A stretch of DNA of 64,000 nucleotides, taken from positions 1,632,001 to 1,696,000 of the forward strand of contig OZ240245.1 of the NCBI GenBank assembly GCA_965198175.1, read 5' to 3'. Under the pieces are notes generated by a model, which was given only the letters and a program-made list of their open reading frames with translations, was not told the DNA's origin and did not search any database. Numbering within the stretch: the stretch's first letter is position 1; each line of letters starts with the position of its first letter. The stretch comes from Candidatus Poribacteria bacterium (lineage in GTDB: Bacteria; Poribacteria; WGA-4E; PCPOR2b). Shown one piece after another: positions 58,052 to 64,000 of the stretch. The position numbers and the translations under genes are program-made.

Positions 58052-58775
58052 GATTGATAGTCGACGTATAGAAGTCGCAGGAATACCGGTAGAAGTTGTT
58101 CGCAAGGAGATTAAGAACCTCCATGTCGGCGTCTATCCCCCGAGTGGTCGGGTTCGGGTGGCGGCTCCTCTGCGCCTTGATGATGAGGCGGTGCGGCTCG
58201 CCCTCATTTCACGCCTTGGATGGATTCGCCGTAAACAGGCGGAGTTCCAACAACAGGTTCGTCAATCTCAGCGCGAGTTCGTAACCGGTGAGAGTCACTA
58301 CTTCGAAGGCAGACGCTACCGGCTCAATGTGATCGAGCGCAACGCGCCACCAACGGTTAAACTGCGCAACAACACAACACTTGAATTAGGTGTTCGCCCG
58401 AACTCTGACCGCGAAGTAAGGGAAGCGGTGCTTCACCGTTGGTATCGCCGCCACCTGCGTGATCAGTTGCCGCCACTCATCGCCAAATGGGAAGCGGAGG
58501 TCGGTGTGACTGTGCATGATGTGCGGATCAAGAAAATGAAAACGCTCTGGGGATCTTGTAACATTGAAGCCAAACGAATCTGGCTAAATCTCGAACTAGC
58601 GAAAAAACCGAGTTCATGTCTGGTGTACATCTTCGTGCACGAAATGGTACATATCCTTGAGCGTCAGCATAACGATCGGTTTCGCGAGTTGATGGATAAC
58701 TTCATTCCACTATGGCGCACCTATCGGGACGAACTGAATCGTGCGCCGCTTTCTCATGAGAATTGGCGATATTGA
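58041..58775 (+). CDS. YgjP/DUF45-like HExxH metallo-hydrolase coupled to hsdR
   Basis: WGSC, HEMVH, HNDRF; overlaps the hsdR stop. Confidence 0.88.
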   Translation: MSIEIDSRRIEVAGIPVEVVRKEIKNLHVGVYPPSGRVRVAAPLRLDDEAVRLALISRLGWIRRKQAEFQQQVRQSQREFVTGESHYFEGRRYRLNVIERNAPPTVKLRNNTTLELGVRPNSDREVREAVLHRWYRRHLRDQLPPLIAKWEAEVGVTVHDVRIKKMKTLWGSCNIEAKRIWLNLELAKKPSSCLVYIFVHEMVHILERQHNDRFRELMDNFIPLWRTYRDELNRAPLSHENWRY

Positions 58776-58839
58776 ATACAATCGCCATCACATGACATCC
58801 TAGCCGGCGAGTCGCGAGAAATCCCCCTTGCATTGCGTC

Positions 58840-59015
58840 GCCGTCGATGCGATATTGGTTTCGCCAGCAGATCTTGAGCGATACAAGGACAGCCACGCTT
58901 TGGTCATCAAGCCTGCCTTGCAGGAAGGTAGGTTCGTGTGTGAGGCTGCCTGAAGATTTCCGCCCGATGATTCGTGAGAAGGGTTAAACTGCGCCAGAAG
59001 CAATCGAGTTTGGGT
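58840..59015 (+). pseudogene. Remnants of a nucleotidyltransferase (MNT) / HEPN toxin-antitoxin pair
   Basis: AVDAILVSPADLERYKDSHALVIKPALQEGRFVCEAA* (MNT-like C-terminus) followed by RFPPDDS*EGLNCARSN (HEPN-like N-terminus); recognised from memory. Confidence 0.55.
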
Positions 59016-59033
59016 TGACAAGGAGGTTATGGC

Positions 59034-59876
59034 ATGACTAAGGAAGGAACTATTCCCGAGGCATCGGATTTTCTTCAGTTAGTTTGGCGTCAAGAGGATG
59101 ACTGTGAAGTCGAGACCGGTAAGGCGCTCAATGAACTTGGAATGAAGGCTCCCGCCTGTCTTCAACAAATTGGCACAGTGCTTTCGCTTGCCGATCGAAT
59201 GGCTTCCTGTTGGTGGGAATGCCGCGGCGGCGACCATGTCATCGAGTACATTTGTGGAAGAGTCACATCGAACGCCCGTGCAGCATTACGCCTGCTCAGA
59301 TTCGGCTTCTACGACGAATCATTGCTCCTGAGTAGGTCGTTAGGTGAGACCGCGAATCTTCTACAATTGTTCTTTCAAGAAGCGGGAATTCTTCAAGATT
59401 GGAAAGCGTCATCCAAAAAGGAGCGGATGGGGAATTTCAGCCCCGTGAAGGTTCGACTCCGACTGGAAGAACTTCAGACAACTCCAGTGATTGATCAGGA
59501 ACGATACAGTCTATTGTGCGAGCGAGCAGCGCACGTGCAACCTGAAACCCGACCTCAAGCACACAATATCTTGGGCCTCCCGATGGTAGGCGCAAGCTTT
59601 CAGGAAGAAGGCGCATTAATGTGTTTGAACGAGATTGCGTTGCCTCTGGCAACTGCGGTTTTATTCGGTGCGGCAGTTTTGGATTTGGACGAAAAGATTA
59701 AGAGCGAAATATTTGCCGCCACGAAGGGTCTTGTAGAGAAGGTCGGCGGCGCGACGATTACGACTATCGATGATTACCACAGCCGTGTTCTCGAAGATCC
59801 GCAGGCCCGCAATGCGATCAATAAGGTGGCTAATCTTCTCCGACGAATACAGTCCGCTAGGTCAACTCGTGCGTAG
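59034..59876 (+). CDS. Hypothetical helical protein, DUF5677/HEPN-like
   Basis: AGGAGG RBS; RSLGE and YSLLCERAAH motifs. Confidence 0.55.
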   Translation: MTKEGTIPEASDFLQLVWRQEDDCEVETGKALNELGMKAPACLQQIGTVLSLADRMASCWWECRGGDHVIEYICGRVTSNARAALRLLRFGFYDESLLLSRSLGETANLLQLFFQEAGILQDWKASSKKERMGNFSPVKVRLRLEELQTTPVIDQERYSLLCERAAHVQPETRPQAHNILGLPMVGASFQEEGALMCLNEIALPLATAVLFGAAVLDLDEKIKSEIFAATKGLVEKVGGATITTIDDYHSRVLEDPQARNAINKVANLLRRIQSARSTRA

Positions 59877-60015
59877 TCACCTCAAATCGGCGGGAATCCC
59901 GCACTACCTATATAATCCTCACGACCATAGCCTCGTTACCTTGGTGCTGGGCGAGGAAGCGGAACTGTGGCGGTCGTTCTAAATCCGATCGAGTTTTTCT
60001 TCAGCGGCATTAACG

Positions 60016-60044
60016 TTGACTCCGCGCTAAAGCAATGTTATAAC
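60016..60044 (+). promoter_or_regulatory. Candidate sigma-70 promoter (extended -10)
   Basis: TTGACT-17 nt-TATAAC with TG extension; related copy at 63044-63073. Confidence 0.5.
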
Positions 60045-60088
60045 AATGAACATCGACAGGTTCTAGCACTTTTCTGTAGGAGGAATTT

Positions 60089-60511
60089 ATGGCTCTAAAC
60101 ACGTACTTAACTTTTGAAGATAACTGCCGCGAGGCGTTTGAGTTCTACCAATCCATCTTCGGCGGCGAGTTCGCATTCATCTCGACATTCCGTGAAGGTC
60201 CAGAAGACATGGAGATCCCGGAGGAGGAACTTGACCGCATCATGCACGTCTCTCTCCCGATTGGGTCAAGCGTCCTCATGGGCAGCGACAGTTGTTCATC
60301 GTTCGGTCCCCCGCCCGCCGTAGGGAACAACTTCTCGCTCTCCTTCGAGGCAGAGGGCAAAGAGCATGCGGACGAGATTTTCGCGAAGCTGTCAGACGGC
60401 GGCACGGTGAGTATGCCGATGGCTGACGCTTTCTGGGGCGCATACTTCGGCGCTTGCACCGACAAATTCGGCATCAACTGGCAGGTTATCGCCGAGCAAT
60501 CGCAAGACTGA
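60089..60511 (+). CDS. VOC family protein (PhnB/YjdN-like)
   Basis: YLTF..NCREAFEFYQSIFGG, IMHVSL, LMGSD, FWGAYFG..TDKFGINW. Confidence 0.9.
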   Translation: MALNTYLTFEDNCREAFEFYQSIFGGEFAFISTFREGPEDMEIPEEELDRIMHVSLPIGSSVLMGSDSCSSFGPPPAVGNNFSLSFEAEGKEHADEIFAKLSDGGTVSMPMADAFWGAYFGACTDKFGINWQVIAEQSQD

Positions 60512-60748
60512 ACAGGCACGCGTCCAACGGCACGTCATGTTTACCATTTTCTATCGGTGACAAAGCACGCGGGGCACACGGGTGAGCGCAACGTGTTTTC
60601 GAAAGTTAATGGGTTTGCCACAAACACGGCGTTGTTCGGGGGTTAACGGCATACGCCAGTTCATGCTACTCACCATTCGAACTTTCCCCCAATGTGATAT
60701 TCCCGAACACGGCTTCTACAGCAAAAGCAAAAAGATAACGAGGTCGAC

Positions 60749-61168
60749 ATGTCCAAAATCGAGAACCCTGATGTTGCGCGAGTATTCGACAGCTACCCGG
60801 AGCCTATACGCAAGAAAATGATGCGCCTCCGGCAACTCGTCTTGGACACGGCATTGGAGACGGAGGGCGTCGACGCGTTAGAGGAGACCCTGAAATGGGG
60901 TGAGCCCAGCTACCTCACCAAGGGCGGCAGCACTATCAGAATGGACTGGAAGGAAAGGACGCCGGACCAGTACGCGATGTACTTCAATTGCAACACGTCG
61001 TTGGTCAACACGTTCAAAGCGGTCTACGGGGATGTGTTCACATTCGAGGGCAATAGGGAAATTGTATTCGGCGAAATCGACGAGCTGCCTGTCAACGCGC
61101 TGAAGCACTGCATCTCGCTCGCTCTGACGTATCATCGTGTGAAACACTTACCGTCACTCGGCGCCTGA
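60749..61168 (+). CDS. DUF1801 domain protein
   Basis: LRQLV..EETLKWGEPSY, CISLALTYH. Confidence 0.85.
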   Translation: MSKIENPDVARVFDSYPEPIRKKMMRLRQLVLDTALETEGVDALEETLKWGEPSYLTKGGSTIRMDWKERTPDQYAMYFNCNTSLVNTFKAVYGDVFTFEGNREIVFGEIDELPVNALKHCISLALTYHRVKHLPSLGA

Positions 61169-61205
61169 CCGATACGCTCAGCGGTCCTTTTTCAGAAGGT
61201 ATCTC

Positions 61206-61853
61206 ATGGAAAAAATTGACTTCAAGAAGACGATGAAGGATCTCTATCGTGCCACGAACAAGGTGGAGCGCGTCAAGGCAGGCGAGGGTTCCTTTTTGGC
61301 AGTAGACGGGCAAGGAGCTCCTGGCGGCGAAGCGTTTGAAAAGGCGATTCAAGATCTCTACTCGGTTGCCTACACGGTGAAATTCTCTCTGAAAAAGGCG
61401 GGGACGATAGACTTTGTTGTCCCTCCTATGGAGGCGCTTTGGTACGACAATTCGGATGAAGTTCCTGACATGTCACAGTGGCGTTGGAGGACGTTAATCC
61501 GTGTGCCAGAGCGTGTGAAAAGCGAGCACATGCAAGCGGCGCAGGAAACAATCTTAGACAAGAAGGGAACTGACACCTCCAATGTCCGATTGGTAAGGTG
61601 GGCGGAATGTGAAAGCCTCCAGGTTCTACATATTGGACCGTACGACCAGGTGGGACCTATCTACGAACAACTTCACCGTAGAGCGCTAGTCGAAAACATC
61701 GCTCTGCAGCCTCCGGGACATGAGATCTATCTCAGCGATCCCCGTCGTACGGCACCGGACAAACTCAAGACAATTGTGCGGATGTCCATAGCTGGAGAAT
61801 CTCCGCCCAAAGTCGGCGGGGCAAGATGCCCCGCCTACGGAGAAAGAGATTGA
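61206..61853 (+). CDS. GyrI-like small-molecule-binding domain protein
   Basis: KIDFKK, FLAVDGQGAP, HIGPYD, HEIYLSDPRRTAPDKLKTIVR. Confidence 0.88.
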   Translation: MEKIDFKKTMKDLYRATNKVERVKAGEGSFLAVDGQGAPGGEAFEKAIQDLYSVAYTVKFSLKKAGTIDFVVPPMEALWYDNSDEVPDMSQWRWRTLIRVPERVKSEHMQAAQETILDKKGTDTSNVRLVRWAECESLQVLHIGPYDQVGPIYEQLHRRALVENIALQPPGHEIYLSDPRRTAPDKLKTIVRMSIAGESPPKVGGARCPAYGERD

Positions 61854-61902
61854 TATAATTAAAGCATCATACGCACTATTATTGAAGCGAAATGGTATAA
61901 CA

Positions 61903-62505
61903 ATGTCAAGTGAGAGAATTGTCGAGCTAGAAAGAAATATCGGCGAGTTAATGGGAGAGCTCAACGCGCTACGAAAGACTAACCCGGGGACGTCGGTTCC
62001 CAACTATACCTTCGAGACGCTGACCGGTCAGGTGTCGCTTCTCGAACTGTTCGGCGGAAAGGACAAGCTGCTGGCAATCCACAACATGGGGCAGGGCTGC
62101 CGCTATTGCACGTTGTGGGCGGACGGCTTCAACGGCTTGCTAGTCCATCTAGAATCGGCTCTGTCCGTGGTCCTGATCTCGAAGGATCCGCCGGAAGTTC
62201 AGCGCCGGTTTGCCAACGCGCGCGGCTGGCGGTTTCGCTTGGCGTCGCACGGAGGCGGGACATATATTCGTGAACAGTCGGTGTTTAAGGGAGATGACAA
62301 TTTCCCGGGCGCCGTGGTCTACGAACGGAAAGGTGACACCATCCTGCGCAAGAATTCGTGCGTGTTCGGACCTGGTGACCTGTATTGTTCAATGTGGAGC
62401 CTTCTCGGCTTGGCAGGACTCGGCGAAGAGGAGTGGACACCGCAGTACACCTATTGGCAGCGCCCCGCCGAACTGGATGACGGCGGCGCGAACGTGCTTG
62501 ACTGA
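61903..62505 (+). CDS. DUF899 thioredoxin-like protein
   Basis: VSLLELFG, HNMGQGCRYCTLWADG (CxxC); ATG at 61903. Confidence 0.85.
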   Translation: MSSERIVELERNIGELMGELNALRKTNPGTSVPNYTFETLTGQVSLLELFGGKDKLLAIHNMGQGCRYCTLWADGFNGLLVHLESALSVVLISKDPPEVQRRFANARGWRFRLASHGGGTYIREQSVFKGDDNFPGAVVYERKGDTILRKNSCVFGPGDLYCSMWSLLGLAGLGEEEWTPQYTYWQRPAELDDGGANVLD

Positions 62506-62538
62506 GCGCGGTAACAAGCCGCTGCCGAGACTACCGAA

Positions 62539-62988
62539 ATGGCACAAGACCTTCTAACTCAAGCCGCCGCTGCTGCGCGCGAGGGCGACCTTGACGCGCT
62601 TGAAGACCTGCTCTCGTCCGCCCCGGCGGTTCTCACGGCGAGAGATTCCGAGGGACGCACGCTGCTCGATTTTGCCTGCCGAGCTGCGACGGAAGACATC
62701 GCCATGCCCTTGAACCCGGGCACGCCTGAACAACATGCCGCCGTTGACCTCATTCTGAACGCAGGCGCAGACCCGTCCGCCTCCGACAACGATAACTGGT
62801 CGCCGCTCCACACCGCAGCCATGCACCTGGCAGCGCAGTATAACTGCGTGGGCTGCCTGAACCTGCTGCTCGACCGAGGAGCCGATCCGACCATTGTTGA
62901 CGGCGCCCATGGTGGCACACCGAAAAGATGGGCAGAATTTCAGGGTGCGGCGGACGCAATCGAAATACTGAAGCGGCGAGTCGGATAA
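62539..62988 (+). CDS. Ankyrin repeat protein (probably internally deleted)
   Basis: GRTLL, GADP, WSPLHTAA, LLLDRGADPTI, GGTP. Confidence 0.75.
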   Translation: MAQDLLTQAAAAAREGDLDALEDLLSSAPAVLTARDSEGRTLLDFACRAATEDIAMPLNPGTPEQHAAVDLILNAGADPSASDNDNWSPLHTAAMHLAAQYNCVGCLNLLLDRGADPTIVDGAHGGTPKRWAEFQGAADAIEILKRRVG

Positions 62989-63115
62989 CGTGTCAGTCTA
63001 CATTGTGCGGAACCCATCGTTGACTCGATACGCCGTGCGTGTGTTGACCTTCGCGCTGTATTTATGGTATACTCACGTGTGTCTATAGATTTTAGCACTT
63101 TTTTATCGGGAGGAA

Positions 63116-63316
63116 ACGACCTCTCTCGACACGTACTTAAACTTTGTCGACAACTGCCGCGAATTGTTTGAATTCTACCGTTCCATCTTCGGCGGTGAGT
63201 TTGAAACACTTATGACGTTCCGAGAGGGACCGGATCACATGGACATCACGGAAGCGGCAAACACACAAGTCGGAGCAATCATCGAATGGCGGCAACCGCC
63301 GAATCATAACCATTAG
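63116..63316 (+). pseudogene. Degraded 5' copy of the PhnB-like VOC gene
   Basis: SLDTYLNFVDNCRELFEFYRSIFGGEF..TFREGP aligns with the 60089 gene; ATG lost, homology ends after about 45 codons. Confidence 0.8.
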
Positions 63317-63604
63317 CCAGAATTTGCAAAAACCTTCTGCTTTAGCCCAAGCCATAACGTCGTCAACGCAGGCTACGACTGCATTTAGTAGCTTGTCTCC
63401 ACCAACTGAACCGCCCAGCTAATCTTTATCTGGGCTAATCCGGGCTAAAATCGGCGACAGCCGGACTTCCGCCTTTTCGGAGGAACCAGAATCCCATGAC
63501 TCGTTCAAAGCGCGATACGAATGAACGGTATGCAGTCTTGATTTTCTGCGCGGGGTGGGCATCTGCCGAGTTGTGAGAGAGCAGGAAGAGGGACGAAAAT
63601 AAGA

Positions 63605-64000
63605 ATGACGAACGAGACACGACTCCTAGGGGCGACGATCGTTCCGGGTCTGCGCTACGTGGATGCGCCAGCCGCGATAGAATTGCTGTGCGCGGCGTTT
63701 GGCTTCGAGAAGCACATGGTTGTGCCGGGTGACAATGGCAAGATTGCCCACGCCCAGCTCACCTTTCGAAACAGCATGATTATGCTGGGTTCGGTCCGCG
63801 AAGGGGAATATGACGACTTGCTAATCCAGCCGACAGATGCTGGCGCGGTAACCCAGGCACCCTATGTGATTGTCGATGATGTAGATGCCCATTGCTCACG
63901 CGCACGTGCCGCCGGCGCCGAGATCGTGATGGAGCCGGCTGACCAGGATTATGGCGGTCGACTCTATAGCTGCCGCGACATTGAGCGCCACTTGTGGAAC
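63605..64000 (+). CDS. VOC/glyoxalase family protein (partial, runs off the window)
   Basis: IVPGLRYVDAPAAI..AFGFE..HAQL..MIMLG..DVDAH..ARAAGAEI..DQDYGGRLYSCRD. Confidence 0.88.
   Translation, partial: MTNETRLLGATIVPGLRYVDAPAAIELLCAAFGFEKHMVVPGDNGKIAHAQLTFRNSMIMLGSVREGEYDDLLIQPTDAGAVTQAPYVIVDDVDAHCSRARAAGAEIVMEPADQDYGGRLYSCRDIERHLWN

Noticed and set aside
58776..63604. Integron cassette array
   Set aside because: No integrase, and I could not find repeated attC sites (RYYYAAC...GTTRRRY with inner symmetry) between the genes.

Overview
Bacterial chromosomal window. The protein repertoire (secreted LamG, TolB-like and WD40 proteins sharing a short C-terminal motif, several PhyH dioxygenases, an ECF sigma factor with a membrane-anchored extension) suggests Candidatus Poribacteria or a related lineage; this is inferred, not tested. 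1-21.5 kb is housekeeping: the end of the spc/alpha operon (secY'-rpmJ-rpsM-rpsK-rpsD-rpoA-rplQ), a VWA/DUF4159/DUF4175 membrane cluster, a CRTAC1/UnbV protein, rho-rpmE-prfA-prmC, and nadC with neighbours. 21.7-37.5 kb is mixed accessory metabolism (SLC13 pseudogene, M20 peptidase, beta-helix protein, three PhyH genes, exonuclease, LamG protein, membrane methyltransferase, metal transporter). 37.8-52.5 kb is a duplicated array of secreted beta-propeller proteins (4 TolB-like, 2 WD40) plus a LamG protein and two ECF sigma genes. 52.5-60 kb is an IS701-type element abutting a damaged defence island (orphan hsdR, YgjP-like protein, MNT/HEPN remnants, DUF5677-like gene). 60-64 kb is a cluster of small VOC/DUF1801/GyrI/DUF899/ankyrin genes. 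Strongest leads: (1) a ~17-aa motif (V-x-P-x-G-K/R-L-x-x-x-W-G-x-I-K) shared by eight exported proteins of three unrelated folds, a candidate protein-sorting signal; (2) an ECF sigma factor with an internal AGGAGG and in-frame ATG at the start of its membrane module; (3) a conserved unannotated small ORF after two TolB genes; (4) a promoter-linked rod-like structured RNA; (5) a sigma-54 promoter with an upstream inverted element. All family assignments are from recognition of motifs by eye; no searches were run. No tRNA, rRNA or CRISPR array was seen.
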